The translations under genes were made by a program, and so were the position numbers. This document shows positions 33,087-46,120 of a stretch of DNA of 64,000 bases, piece after piece. The DNA is taken from positions 3,437-67,436 of the forward strand of contig JANNDW010000285.1 of the NCBI GenBank assembly GCA_031378125.1. The letters are read 5' to 3'. Source of the DNA: Methylibium sp. (GTDB lineage Bacteria > Pseudomonadota > Gammaproteobacteria > Burkholderiales > Burkholderiaceae_C). The number at the start of each line of letters is the position of its first letter. Within the stretch, counting starts at the first letter, position 1. The notes beneath the pieces are model-generated. The model was given only the letters and a program-made list of their open reading frames with translations, was not told the origin of the DNA and did no database searches.

Positions 33087-33782
33087 ATGGATCAAAGCCT
33101 GCAAGCCACCCGCACCGGTTTCCCCGGTACCGGCGTTTCGGTGGATCAACGCAACCGCGTTCTTCGCAACACCTATTGGCTGTTGGCGCTGTCGATGGTG
33201 CCAACCGTGTTGGGCGCCTGGCTTGGTGTTTCGACCGGCTTGATGCGCGGCATGGGCGTGGGCATGAGCGCCATCGTGTTCCTGGCCGGAGCGTTCGGAT
33301 TCATCTTTGCGATCGAGAAGCTGAAGAACTCTGCCGCCGGCGTTCCGGTGCTGTTGGCATTCACGTTCTTCATGGGCCTGATGTTGTCGCGTCTCGTCGG
33401 CTCGGTGCTCGGCCTGGCCAATGGCGCGGGCCTGATCATGACCGCCTTCACCGGCACCGGTTTGATCTTCCTGGGCATGGCCACGCTGTCCTCGGTCATC
33501 AAGCGGGACCTGTCGGCGATGGGCAAGTGGCTGTTTATCGGCGCCATCATGTTGCTGGTGGCCGGGTTGGCCAACATCTTCCTGCAGTCTGGCGCGTTGA
33601 TGATCACGATCGCTGTGTTGGCGATCGGAATCTTCTCGGCCTTCATCCTGTACGACTTGAAGCGCGTTCAGGACGGCGAAGAAACCAACTACATCACCGC
33701 CACGCTGGGCGTCTACCTGAGCCTGTACAACGTGTTCCAGTCGCTGCTGGCGCTGTTGGGCATTGCGGGACGCGACGACTGA
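33087..33782 (+). CDS. BAX inhibitor-1/YccA family membrane protein
   Basis: Seven hydrophobic segments, RNTYWLLALSM start and a C-terminal YLSLYNVFQSLLALLG motif. RBS aggagg precedes ATG 33087. Confidence 0.85.
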   Translation: MDQSLQATRTGFPGTGVSVDQRNRVLRNTYWLLALSMVPTVLGAWLGVSTGLMRGMGVGMSAIVFLAGAFGFIFAIEKLKNSAAGVPVLLAFTFFMGLMLSRLVGSVLGLANGAGLIMTAFTGTGLIFLGMATLSSVIKRDLSAMGKWLFIGAIMLLVAGLANIFLQSGALMITIAVLAIGIFSAFILYDLKRVQDGEETNYITATLGVYLSLYNVFQSLLALLGIAGRDD

Positions 33783-33805
33783 CCCTCGCTCGAACTCGAC
33801 GTTCA

Positions 33806-33827
33806 ACGGGGCCTTCGGGCCCCGTTT
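33806..33827. terminator. bidirectional hairpin between the convergent BI-1 and rlmD genes
   Basis: aacggggcc-ttcg-ggccccgtt perfect stem. Confidence 0.65.
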
Positions 33828-33832
33828 CCATT

Positions 33833-35176
33833 TCAGTCGATCTCGAACATCGCCATGCTCTCCACATGCGCTGTGTGCGGAAACATGTTGATGGCCCCCG
33901 CCGCCGCGCAGCGATAGCCCGCCTGGTGCACCAGCAATCCGGCGTCGCGCGCCAAGGTCGCTGGATTGCAGCTCACATAGACAATCCGGCTCGGCGGCGC
34001 CCAGGCCGATGCCGCGGTGTCATCGGCGCGCAAGTCGACAAGCGCCTTGACCAACGCAAACGCGCCCTCTCGCGGCGGATCGACCAACCACTTTTGCGCC
34101 GTCCCGTGCGACACCAACTCGGCCGGCGAGACCTCGAACAGGTTGCGCGCCGCGAAGTGGGCCTTGGCGCCCAGACCGTTCAGCAGCGCGTTGTGCTGCG
34201 CCCGCTGCACCAGCGTTTCACTGCCCTCGACGCCCAGCACCTCGCCGGCCTGGCGCGCAATGGGCAAGGTGAAGTTGCCCAGGCCGCAAAACCAGTCGAT
34301 CACGCGCTCGTCCGGCCCCGCCTGCAGCAGGCGCAAGGCGCGCGCCACCAGCACCCGGTTGATCTGGTGGTTGACCTGCGTGAAGTCGGTGGGCCGGAAC
34401 GGCATGGTGATGCCAAATTCGGGCAGCGTGTAGGCCAGTTGCGGCCCGCCCTCCTCCAACAAATGAACGGTGTCGGGGCCTTTGGGTTGCAGCCACCATT
34501 GCACGCCGTGCCGGGCGCCGAATTCGCGCAGGCGCTTGAGGTCCGCATCGCCGAGCGGCTCCAGGTGGCGCAGCACCAGGGCCGTCAGACTGTCTCCGAC
34601 CGCCACTTCGATCTGCGGCAACCGGTCGCGCTGGTCCATGCTCGCCACCAACTCACGCAACGGCACCAGCAGCGCGCTCAGGTGAGCCGGCAGCACCTCG
34701 CAACTGTCCATGTCGGCCACGAAGCTGGACTTGCGCTCATGAAAACCGACCAGCACCTTGCCCTTTTTGGCCACGAAACGAACCGACAGCCGGGCCCGGT
34801 AGCGGTAGCCCCAGGCCGGACCTTCGATCGGCCGCAGAACCTGTTCGGCCTTGACCTTGCCCAGGTGCCACAACGCGTCTTCGAGCGCGCGCTGCTTGGC
34901 GGCGACCTGCGCACCGACATGAAAGTGCTGCATCTTGCAGCCGCCGCAAGTGCCGAAATGGCGGCATTGGGGCCGCACGCGCTGTGAGCTTTCGCGGCGC
35001 ATGGCGATCATCACCGCCTGCTCCCAGTTGTTCTTGCGGCGCTGCACCGTGACCTGCACCTCCTCGCCGGGCAAGGCACCGTCGATGAACACCACCTTGC
35101 CTTCCAGGTTGTGCGCCACACCCTGGGCTTCGAGGTCCAGCGATTCGACCTTCAACCATTCGTTCGCTTCAGTCAT
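33833..35176 (-). CDS. rlmD: 23S rRNA (uracil1939-C5)-methyltransferase RlmD (RumA)
   Basis: TRAM-like N-terminus, Fe-S cysteines [17 protein letters not shown] motif DWFCGLGNF, catalytic [12 protein letters not shown]. Confidence 0.92.
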   Translation of the reverse strand: MTEANEWLKVESLDLEAQGVAHNLEGKVVFIDGALPGEEVQVTVQRRKNNWEQAVMIAMRRESSQRVRPQCRHFGTCGGCKMQHFHVGAQVAAKQRALEDALWHLGKVKAEQVLRPIEGPAWGYRYRARLSVRFVAKKGKVLVGFHERKSSFVADMDSCEVLPAHLSALLVPLRELVASMDQRDRLPQIEVAVGDSLTALVLRHLEPLGDADLKRLREFGARHGVQWWLQPKGPDTVHLLEEGGPQLAYTLPEFGITMPFRPTDFTQVNHQINRVLVARALRLLQAGPDERVIDWFCGLGNFTLPIARQAGEVLGVEGSETLVQRAQHNALLNGLGAKAHFAARNLFEVSPAELVSHGTAQKWLVDPPREGAFALVKALVDLRADDTAASAWAPPSRIVYVSCNPATLARDAGLLVHQAGYRCAAAGAINMFPHTAHVESMAMFEID

Positions 35177-35257
35177 GGGGCGCGATTATCCGGCGCACGC
35201 GCAGACAAGTGCCCCACGTGGCGCCAAGTCAGTCAGCTCTGGGCCGCTGGTACACTT

Positions 35258-35480
35258 CGCCTGGCCAGGAGAGAGCCTCTTGTGGGGCCGCCGACGGCGC
35301 AGAGTCCGGTTTGAAAGAACGGGTCTCGAACGCTCAGGCAAAAGGACTGGCAAACGCTTCGTTAGAGGCGATCCTCGCTGGAGAGAGGCCCACCTTGAGT
35401 GGGTCCACCGAAGGGGCAAGCAGATGGCTCGCAAAGCGGCCGAATGCGAATCTCTCAGGTAAAGCGGACAGAGAGGGCTT
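35258..35480 (+). promoter_or_regulatory. tandem glycine riboswitch (two aptamers) controlling gcvTHP
   Basis: Aptamer 1: CCAGGAGAGAGCC...CTCAGGCAAAAGGACTGG. Aptamer 2: CTGGAGAGAGGCCC...CCACCGAAGGGGCAAGC...CTCTCAGGTAAAGCGGACAGAGAGGG. Both carry the conserved glycine-aptamer cores and sit directly upstream of gcvT. Confidence 0.88.
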
Positions 35481-35534
35481 TCCCCCCGGCGTGGCTCGGC
35501 CACCGGGGTTTCAAGATCGCCCTCGGAGAACCAC

Positions 35535-36653
35535 ATGCCCGCCACCGCGCTTTCAACGACGCCGCTGCACGCCTTGCACCTTGAGCTGGGCGCAAAGATG
35601 GTGCCGTTTGCCGGCTACGACATGCCCGTCAGCTACCCCGCGGGCATCCTCAGCGAACACCGCCATTGCCGTGACTCGGCAGCCTTGTTCGACGTGTCCC
35701 ACATGGGCCAGGTGCGGCTCGTCGGTGCGGATGCGGCCGGCGCACTCGAATCGCTGGTGCCGGTTGACGTGCTGGGCCTGGCGGTGGGCAGACAACGCTA
35801 CGGTTTCTTCACCAACCCCGCCGGTGGCATCCAGGACGACCTGATGATCACACGGCGCGCGGACGACCTTCTGCTGATCGTCAACGCGGCATGCAAGCAA
35901 GCCGACATTCAGCACCTGCAGACCCACATCGGCCACCGCTGCGGCGTGCAGCCGCTGCCCGATCGTGCGCTGCTGGCGCTTCAGGGCCCCAAAGCAGTGA
36001 CGGCGCTGGCGCGGCTGAATGCCGACGTGGCCAAGCTGACTTTCATGACCGGCATGGACGCGGTGCTGAACGGTGCGGCTTGTTTTCTGACGCGCTCCGG
36101 CTACACCGGTGAAGACGGTTTCGAAATTTCCGTGCCTGCCGCACAGGCCGAAAGCCTGGCCCGTGCGCTGCTGGCGCAGCCCGAAGTACGGGTGGCCGGC
36201 CTGGGCGCGCGCGACACGCTGCGCCTGGAGGCGGGCATGTGCCTTTATGGCCACGACATCCACGCCACCAGCACGCCGGTCGAGGCGGGTTTGAGCTGGG
36301 CGATTCAGAAAGTGCGCCGCGCCGGCGGCGCGCGCGCCGGCCGATACCCCGGCGCCGATGTCATCGATGGCCAGTTGGCGCGCGGGACGACGAACAAACG
36401 TGTCGGCCTGGTCGGGCTGGAGCGCATGCCCGTGCGCGAAGGCGCGGTCATCCACGACGCGCACGGCCACAAGCTGGGCCTGGTGACCAGCGGCACGCTG
36501 TCGCCAACCCTCAACAAGCCTGTGGCGATGGCCTACCTGGCCGCAAACCATGCCGCGCCGAGCCACGAGGTCTACGCAGAGGTTCGTGGCAAACCCCAGC
36601 CGATGCGCGTCAGCACCATGCCGTTCACGCCGCACCATTATGTGCGCGGATGA
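35535..36653 (+). CDS. gcvT: glycine cleavage system aminomethyltransferase (T protein)
   Basis: TPLHALHLELGAKMVPFAGYDMPVSY...LFDVSHMGQ, 372 aa. Confidence 0.96.
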   Translation: MPATALSTTPLHALHLELGAKMVPFAGYDMPVSYPAGILSEHRHCRDSAALFDVSHMGQVRLVGADAAGALESLVPVDVLGLAVGRQRYGFFTNPAGGIQDDLMITRRADDLLLIVNAACKQADIQHLQTHIGHRCGVQPLPDRALLALQGPKAVTALARLNADVAKLTFMTGMDAVLNGAACFLTRSGYTGEDGFEISVPAAQAESLARALLAQPEVRVAGLGARDTLRLEAGMCLYGHDIHATSTPVEAGLSWAIQKVRRAGGARAGRYPGADVIDGQLARGTTNKRVGLVGLERMPVREGAVIHDAHGHKLGLVTSGTLSPTLNKPVAMAYLAANHAAPSHEVYAEVRGKPQPMRVSTMPFTPHHYVRG

Positions 36654-36719
36654 ATCCCTTCCCAGTTCAACCCCACCGCCTTGCGCCCTGGAAGAAGGCC
36701 GCAACACCAAGGAGAGCTC

Positions 36720-37094
36720 ATGACCACCATGTACACCGCCGACCATGAATGGATCAACATCGAAGACCACGAAGCCGCGACGGTGGGCATCACCCACCAC
36801 GCGCAGGATGCGCTGGGCGACGTGGTGTTCGTCGACCTGCCGGCCGTGGGCAGCACGTTCAAGAAGGGCGAGGTGGCCGGCGTGGTGGAGTCGGTGAAGG
36901 CGGCGGCCGACCTGAACATGCCCGTCAGCGGCGAAGTGGTCGAGGTCAACGAAGCCTTGCGCGCCGACCCTTCGCTGGCCAACACCGACCCACTGGGGCA
37001 TGGCTGGTTCTTCAAGGTCCATCTGAACAACATGGCCGAGTTCGAGCAGTTGATGGACGGGCCCGCCTACGACCTGCTCGTCAAGAACGCCTGA
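36720..37094 (+). CDS. gcvH: glycine cleavage system H protein
   Basis: YTADHEWI..., lipoyl-lysine motif [13 protein letters not shown] aaggag precedes ATG 36720. Confidence 0.96.
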   Translation: MTTMYTADHEWINIEDHEAATVGITHHAQDALGDVVFVDLPAVGSTFKKGEVAGVVESVKAAADLNMPVSGEVVEVNEALRADPSLANTDPLGHGWFFKVHLNNMAEFEQLMDGPAYDLLVKNA

Positions 37095-37146
37095 GCGCCT
37101 CTCTTTGCCAAGTTACGCCACGCCGCGCCGCGGCAGAAAGTACCCG

Positions 37147-40098
37147 ATGCTGATGTCCACCCACAAGCCGCTGGGCGAGCTTGAAAACGCCGCTGAGTTC
37201 ATCGCCCGCCACATCGGTGTGGCCGAGGCCGACGAGCGCCACATGCTGTCCGTCATCGGAGCGGCTTCGCGGCGCGCGCTGATCGAAGCCATCGTGCCTC
37301 GCAGCATTGCCCGCAGCCAGGCGATGGCGCTGCCCGCGGTGGTTTCCGAAGCCCAGGCATTGGCGGAACTCAAAGGCATCGCCGGCCGCAACAAGGTTCT
37401 CAAGAGCTGCATCGGCCAGGGTTACCACGGCACGCACACACCCGGCGTGATCCTGCGCAACGTGCTCGAAAACCCGGCCTGGTACACCGCGTACACGCCC
37501 TACCAGGCCGAGATTTCCCAGGGCCGTCTGGAAGCATTGGTGAACTTCCAGACCATGGTGTGCGAGCTGACCGGCATGGCCATCGCTGGCTCGTCGATGC
37601 TCGACGAAGCCACCGCCGCCGCCGAAGCGATGAGCTTGGCGCTGCGGGTGGGCAAAAGCAAGTCCAGCACCTTCCATGTGGCCGACGACGTGCTGCCGCA
37701 GACCTTGGAAGTCATGCGCACGCGCGCCCAGCCGTTGGGGATCACGGTCACCACCGGGCCCGCCGAAACAGCTGGCGAGCCGGCGGCCTTCGCGGTGCTG
37801 CTGCAATACCCTGGCGTCAACGGCGCCGTGCGCGATCTCAAACCCGTCATCGAGGCGATCCACGCCCACGGCGGCCTGGCCATCGTGGCCGCCGATCTGC
37901 TGGCGCTGACCCTGCTGGTCCCGCCGGGCGAGATGGGTGCGGACATCGTGGTGGGCAACACCCAGCGCTTTGGCATGCCCATGGGCAATGGCGGGCCGCA
38001 TGCCGCCTACCTGGCCACCCGGGACGAGTTCAAGCGTTCGATGCCGGGCAGGCTGGTGGGCGTGAGCGTCGATGTGCACGGCAACGCTGCTTACCGGCTG
38101 GCATTGCAGACCCGCGAGCAGCACATCCGGCGCGAAAAAGCCACCAGCAACATCTGCACCGCCCAGGTGCTGCCGGCCGTCGTGGCCAGCATGTTCGCGG
38201 TTTACCACGGACCGGAAGGGCTCAAGCGGATTGCGCGCCGCGTGGCCAGCTACACCGCGGTGCTGGCCGCGGGGCTGAAGCAGCGCGGCTTGTCGCTGCT
38301 GAACACGAGCGCGTTCGACACGCTTCACGTCGCCACCGGCGCAAGCACCGACGCCGTGCTGCAGGCCGCGTGCGATGCCGGCTTCAACCTGCGCCGCGCA
38401 TCGGCCGCCAGCGTGGGGATCACGCTGGACGAAACCAGCACGCGCGACGACGTGACGGCGCTGTTGAACATCGTCCCATATGCAGCCAAGACATCCGGCA
38501 CGGATTCGCGCCGGCACCTGGACGAAACCGAAGCCGAGACCTTCGCCAAATTCGAGAAAGGGATCAGCGCGCTGATCCCACCCTCGCTGGCACGGACCAG
38601 TGCATTCCTCACCCACCCGATTTTCAACCGCCACCATTCCGAGACCGACATGCTGCGCTACCTTCGCAGCCTGGCCGACAAGGACCTGGCGCTGGACCGC
38701 ACGATGATCCCGCTGGGCTCTTGCACGATGAAGCTCAACGCCACCAGTGAGATGATTCCCATCACCTGGCCGGAGTTTGCCGATCTGCACCCGTTCGCAC
38801 CGAGCGACCAGTTGGCCGGCTACGACCTGTTGCGCGAGCAGCTCGAAGCCTGGCTGGCCCAGGCCACCGGCTACAGCGGCGTCAGCCTGCAGCCCAATGC
38901 CGGCTCGCAAGGCGAATACGCGGGCCTGCTGGTCATCAAGGCGTTTCACGCGTCACGCGGCGAGAGCCGGCGCAACATCTGCCTGATCCCCGAGTCGGCC
39001 CACGGCACCAACCCGGCCAGCGCCCACATGGCCGGGCTGCAGGTGGTGGTGACCCGCTGCGATGAGATGGGCAACGTCGACATGGAGGACTTGCAAGCCA
39101 AGTGCGAGCAGCACAGCGACAGACTCGCCGCGGTGATGATCACCTACCCCAGCACACACGGCGTGTTCGAGGTGCGCGTCAAAGAGTTGTGCGCGCTGGT
39201 GCACCAGCATGGCGGGCGCGTCTACGTGGACGGGGCCAACATGAACGCACTGGTCGGCGTGTCCGCGCCGGGCGAGTTCGGCGGCGACGTGAGCCACCTC
39301 AACCTGCACAAGACCTTTTGCATTCCGCACGGCGGCGGCGGGCCTGGCGTCGGGCCAGTCGCGGTGGTGGCCGACCTGGTGCCGTTTCTGCCGGCACACC
39401 GAACGGCGGGAATCGGCACCGAACAACAGGTCGGCGCCGTCAGCGCCGCGCCGCTGGGCAACTCGGCGGTGCTGCCGAACAGCTGGATGTACTGCCGCAT
39501 GATGGGTGCGCCCGGCCTTCAAGCGGCCACCGAAACCGCCATCCTGAGTGCCAACTACATTGCCGCACGGCTGGCTGACCACTACCCCGTGCTGTACTCG
39601 GGCGGCTCGGCGCAACTCAAGGGCGGTGGCGTGGCGCACGAGTGCATTCTCGACCTGCGGCCGTTGAAAGAAGCCACCGGCGGCGCCCAGGGCATCAGTG
39701 CCGAAGACGTCGCCAAGCGGCTGATCGACTACGGTTTTCACGCCCCCACGCTGAGCTTTCCGGTGGCGGGCACCTTGATGGTGGAGCCGACCGAAAGCGA
39801 ATCGCTGCGCGAGCTGGACCGGTTCTGCGACGCGATGATCGCCATCCGCTTTGAGATCGCCAAGGTGGAGTCGGGCCAGTGGCCGCGCGATCAGAACCCG
39901 TTGAAAAATGCGCCGCACACGGCGCCGTCTTTGCTCACCGCCGATTGGCCTCATGCGTACTCTCGCGAGGACGCCGCCTACCCCCTGGCGTCGTTGCGCC
40001 AGGCCAAGTACTGGTCTCCGGTGGGCAGGGTCGACAACGTCTGGGGCGATCGCAACCTGATGTGCTCATGCCCGCCGATGTCGGACTATGCCGGCTGA
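37147..40098 (+). CDS. gcvP: glycine dehydrogenase (decarboxylating), P protein
   Basis: About 980 aa. [17 protein letters not shown]-lysine region [19 protein letters not shown]. Start trimmed to ATG 37147. Confidence 0.96.
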   Translation: MLMSTHKPLGELENAAEFIARHIGVAEADERHMLSVIGAASRRALIEAIVPRSIARSQAMALPAVVSEAQALAELKGIAGRNKVLKSCIGQGYHGTHTPGVILRNVLENPAWYTAYTPYQAEISQGRLEALVNFQTMVCELTGMAIAGSSMLDEATAAAEAMSLALRVGKSKSSTFHVADDVLPQTLEVMRTRAQPLGITVTTGPAETAGEPAAFAVLLQYPGVNGAVRDLKPVIEAIHAHGGLAIVAADLLALTLLVPPGEMGADIVVGNTQRFGMPMGNGGPHAAYLATRDEFKRSMPGRLVGVSVDVHGNAAYRLALQTREQHIRREKATSNICTAQVLPAVVASMFAVYHGPEGLKRIARRVASYTAVLAAGLKQRGLSLLNTSAFDTLHVATGASTDAVLQAACDAGFNLRRASAASVGITLDETSTRDDVTALLNIVPYAAKTSGTDSRRHLDETEAETFAKFEKGISALIPPSLARTSAFLTHPIFNRHHSETDMLRYLRSLADKDLALDRTMIPLGSCTMKLNATSEMIPITWPEFADLHPFAPSDQLAGYDLLREQLEAWLAQATGYSGVSLQPNAGSQGEYAGLLVIKAFHASRGESRRNICLIPESAHGTNPASAHMAGLQVVVTRCDEMGNVDMEDLQAKCEQHSDRLAAVMITYPSTHGVFEVRVKELCALVHQHGGRVYVDGANMNALVGVSAPGEFGGDVSHLNLHKTFCIPHGGGGPGVGPVAVVADLVPFLPAHRTAGIGTEQQVGAVSAAPLGNSAVLPNSWMYCRMMGAPGLQAATETAILSANYIAARLADHYPVLYSGGSAQLKGGGVAHECILDLRPLKEATGGAQGISAEDVAKRLIDYGFHAPTLSFPVAGTLMVEPTESESLRELDRFCDAMIAIRFEIAKVESGQWPRDQNPLKNAPHTAPSLLTADWPHAYSREDAAYPLASLRQAKYWSPVGRVDNVWGDRNLMCSCPPMSDYAG

Positions 40099-40142
40099 AC
40101 GAGAGAGCCTGTGCGCAGCCGTGTGCCGGCCCGGCGCCGCAC

Positions 40143-43059
<2,917 letters not shown>

Positions 43060-43074
43060 TGGGGTGAATTCTAT

Positions 43075-44004
43075 TCAAGCCCACACCACCTCGGTGGCGT
43101 GCTGGTGAATGCCCCCCCCGGCGTCCACCGCCAGGTAGTCGACGTTCTGGCTGGCCAGGAAGGCCAACGCCTCGCTGCCCTTGAGCATCGCCACCGTCGT
43201 CAACGCCCCGGCCGCCAGGCAGGCCGGGGCCACCACGCTGACAGAACGCCAAGCGCGCACCGGCCAGCCGGTGCGCGGATTCAACACATGGCAATAGCGA
43301 ACGCCGTCGCGTTCGAAGTAGCGTTCGTAGTCACCGCTGGTGGCCAGTGCGCCGACGCTCAGCGCCAAGCTGGCGAGCATGCGGTGCTCGTCGCGCGGAT
43401 GCTGGATGCCCAGCGACCAGGGCATGCCGCCCGGCCGCGGCCCGACCAGCCGAATATCGCCACCCAAATTGACCATGCCGTGCCGCACACCGTGCTGCTG
43501 CAGCAGCGTGGCGGCGCGGTCAGCGGCGTACTCTTTGCCGAAGCCGCCGAAGTCCAGTTCCATGCCGGCTATCGGCAACTCGATGCGGCTGTCCTTCCAA
43601 CGCACCTGCTGCCAGCCCACCAGCGGCAGCAAGGCCTCGATCCGGGCCGGCTCGGGCAACCGCGCGGCGCGGAAATCCCAAGCCTTGCGCAAGCTGCCCG
43701 AGGTCGCGTCGAACAGCCCGTCGCTCATGCCGTGCAGCTTGGCGGCAAAGTCCAGCAAATGGGCCGTCTCGGCGTCGACGTCCACCGCGTGGCCATTGCC
43801 GGCCGCCGCGTTGATTCGCGACACCACGCTGGCGGCGCGGTAGCGCGAAAACTTGGATTCGATGCGCTGCACTTCGGCAATCGCCAACTTGGCCAAGGGC
43901 TCGGCTTTGCGGCGGCTCAAACCCGCGATGCGCACCTCGCAATCGCAGGCCATCGCAGAGAACTGGAAGCCGATGTCTTCAGCCGCCTTCGCCTGCGTGC
44001 CCAT
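43075..44004 (-). CDS. apbE: ApbE-family FAD:protein FMN transferase (no recognisable signal peptide)
   Basis: FSAMACDCEVRI..., RINAAAG, SGDYERYFERDGVRYCHVLNPRTG are ApbE-like. Start ATG 44004 is preceded by GGGAGG at 8-nt spacing. Confidence 0.85.
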   Translation of the reverse strand: MGTQAKAAEDIGFQFSAMACDCEVRIAGLSRRKAEPLAKLAIAEVQRIESKFSRYRAASVVSRINAAAGNGHAVDVDAETAHLLDFAAKLHGMSDGLFDATSGSLRKAWDFRAARLPEPARIEALLPLVGWQQVRWKDSRIELPIAGMELDFGGFGKEYAADRAATLLQQHGVRHGMVNLGGDIRLVGPRPGGMPWSLGIQHPRDEHRMLASLALSVGALATSGDYERYFERDGVRYCHVLNPRTGWPVRAWRSVSVVAPACLAAGALTTVAMLKGSEALAFLASQNVDYLAVDAGGGIHQHATEVVWA

Positions 44005-44033
44005 GTGCGCGACCTCCCGGAATCGATACGTTC

Positions 44034-45221
44034 CTAGAACCTGAGCCGTGCACCGAATTGCACAAAGGTCGCCCGAAACGGATCCAGCCCCTTGGAACCA
44101 TTGCCGCCAAATCGCCAATCCGAGCGCTGCTCGTAGGTCTCGAGTTTGCCGTCCACGGTCCAGTCATCGGTGAGTTTGTAGTCGGCCTTCAGGCCCAGCG
44201 TGACGGCGCCGAACGCCGCCAGCCGCTGGTCGCCCGAATTCAGTCCGGCAGGGAACACCGTTGGGATCACCACCTGGCCGGCGGCGTCGAATTGCGGCTC
44301 GACATAAAACCGCGCCGCGCTCTGGCTGTAGTAGCGCAGCAGCGGGGTCAGCATCAGGCGCTCATCCATGGGCTTGGCCCACTCCAGCTGGGTTGTGTTG
44401 GCTTTGATGCCATAGCTGTCGCGGTAGTAGCGGTAGTTCGCGCGCAAGGTCGACCCATCGCCCGCGAAATGGTGGTTCCAGCGCCCGAGCAGCGCCGCTT
44501 GCTTGCGCGCTTGCGGGCGCACGTCCAGCAGCTTGTACGGGTCGCTGTAAAAACCCTCGCCGGCGCTCAGGGTCAGGTTCAACTGAACCAGGTCTGTGCT
44601 TGACAGGGCCTGGGTCAGACCGATCAACATCTCGTCGGCGCGCTTCTTCTGCTTGCCAATTTTGTTGACGCCACCCTCGACCGGCGTGATGGCATCTTCC
44701 GACGACGCCAGGCCGATGTTCCAGGTGGTGTTGTTGTCGGCGCTGGACCAGCTGCCGTTCAGCGAGATGGCATTGGACACGTAGTCGTATTCGGTCGAAT
44801 GGCTCAACCCGAACGCGTAGGAGGAGCGGTCGAAGTAGCGCGTGACCTTGACATCTCCGGCCTTGCGCAGTTCCTTCATCACCGATGCGCTGGAGACGGC
44901 CGATTGCCAGCGCGGGGTCGCACCCGACAGGCTGTCCACGACCAGCGAGCCCTCCACAGACCAGTCCCGCCCCACCGGCGCCAACACGTACACCGACGGC
45001 GAATTGACCGTGATGCGCTTCAAGCCCGGTTGTGAATCCTGGTAGTACAGGTACTTGAAGGCGATTGTTCCCTTCTCGGGCGCGCCTTCGGCGTGGGCCG
45101 GCGGCAGCCAGACTCCCGGCAGCGCCAGGGCGGCCAGCACGATGGCACCGGGAGTGCCACGGGCCGGCGAGCCGACGGTGGGGTTGCGGCTGCGTGCTTT
45201 TTTTAGGCTTGCCGTTTTCAT
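44034..45221 (-). CDS. DUF3570-family predicted outer-membrane beta-barrel carrying an ApbE-type flavinylation motif
   Basis: Signal peptide ending AHA-EG, alternating beta-strand-like pattern, C-terminal ...FGARLRF (terminal Phe). DSLSGAT at 44916..44936. Start trimmed to ATG 45221 (MKTASLKK). Confidence 0.75.
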   Translation of the reverse strand: MKTASLKKARSRNPTVGSPARGTPGAIVLAALALPGVWLPPAHAEGAPEKGTIAFKYLYYQDSQPGLKRITVNSPSVYVLAPVGRDWSVEGSLVVDSLSGATPRWQSAVSSASVMKELRKAGDVKVTRYFDRSSYAFGLSHSTEYDYVSNAISLNGSWSSADNNTTWNIGLASSEDAITPVEGGVNKIGKQKKRADEMLIGLTQALSSTDLVQLNLTLSAGEGFYSDPYKLLDVRPQARKQAALLGRWNHHFAGDGSTLRANYRYYRDSYGIKANTTQLEWAKPMDERLMLTPLLRYYSQSAARFYVEPQFDAAGQVVIPTVFPAGLNSGDQRLAAFGAVTLGLKADYKLTDDWTVDGKLETYEQRSDWRFGGNGSKGLDPFRATFVQFGARLRF

Positions 45222-45231
45222 GTTTTTTCGT

Positions 45232-45459
45232 TCAGTTGCAGCCACAGCCACCACCGCCCACCCCATAGCCTCCCGAGGCGTTTTCCTTGCTGGAGTAAAT
45301 GTGCTGCAGGAAACGTTCATCGAGTGGGTCGCCACCCAGGGTCATTTCGGGCTTGGCCAGGTTGCCCTTCTCCCAGGGCTGGGGCGGCGCAAACGCGGAG
45401 CAGCCCGCAAGGCATGCCAGGCAGGCAAGGCAAACCCGCAATGCACGTCCCTTTGTCAT
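45232..45459 (-). CDS. DUF4266-family mini-lipoprotein ending in GGGGCGCN
   Basis: Canonical lipobox CLAGC, PWEKGNLAKPEM core, Gly-rich tail with C-terminal CGC. The start is ATG 45459 (AAGGA 7 nt upstream) or 45465. Confidence 0.75.
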   Translation of the reverse strand: MTKGRALRVCLACLACLAGCSAFAPPQPWEKGNLAKPEMTLGGDPLDERFLQHIYSSKENASGGYGVGGGGCGCN

Positions 45460-45478
45460 GAACATGTCCTTGAGGGAA

Positions 45479-45994
45479 TCATTTCGCCAGCGCCCCGAGC
45501 GCACTCGCGAACTTCGCTTCCAGCGCCTTGCGATCGTCATCCTTGAAGCCTTGATGCACGGCCAGCACGGTGCCGTCCGGGCCGATCAAGACCGATGTGG
45601 GCATGCCTTTCACGCCGAAGCGCTTCGCGGTGTCTCCTTTGGCATCGAAGCTAAGCGCGAACTTGGCGGGCAACTGGGCCAGAAATTGATCGGCGTCGGC
45701 GCGCTTGGCGTCCAGGTTGATGCCGACGATCTGCAAACCCTGGGCGCCGTACTTGCCCTGCATCTCGTTCATCCAGGGAAAGGACTGTCGACAAGGGCCA
45801 CACCAAGAAGCCCAGAAATCAACGTAGACCAGCTTGCCCTTCAGCGCGGACAGCGTTTGCGCTCCCGACCCGGCTGCCAGTTCGATGTCGGGTGCTGCCT
45901 GCCCGGCGTCGAGCGCGTGGGACATGAAGCTGGGTATCGACAAGGCCAAGGCCAGGCTGCCGGCCTTGATGGTTTGGAAGAACCGTTTGTGCAT
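45479..45994 (-). CDS. TlpA/ResA-like periplasmic thiol:disulfide oxidoreductase
   Basis: Signal peptide, then KGKLVYVDFWASWCGPCRQSFP (thioredoxin fold with CxxC), and GMPTSVLIGPDG. Confidence 0.88.
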   Translation of the reverse strand: MHKRFFQTIKAGSLALALSIPSFMSHALDAGQAAPDIELAAGSGAQTLSALKGKLVYVDFWASWCGPCRQSFPWMNEMQGKYGAQGLQIVGINLDAKRADADQFLAQLPAKFALSFDAKGDTAKRFGVKGMPTSVLIGPDGTVLAVHQGFKDDDRKALEAKFASALGALAK

Positions 45995-46120
45995 CGAAGA
46001 TTTCTCCGGATTGAATCGCCCGCCAGGGGCCTACAAGGCACGCAAGGCGCGCAGAGAACGGTATGCGGATTGCCTGTTCACTGCGGAAAGCAATTGTTGC
46101 CGGTGTGCCAAGCAGCGCCA

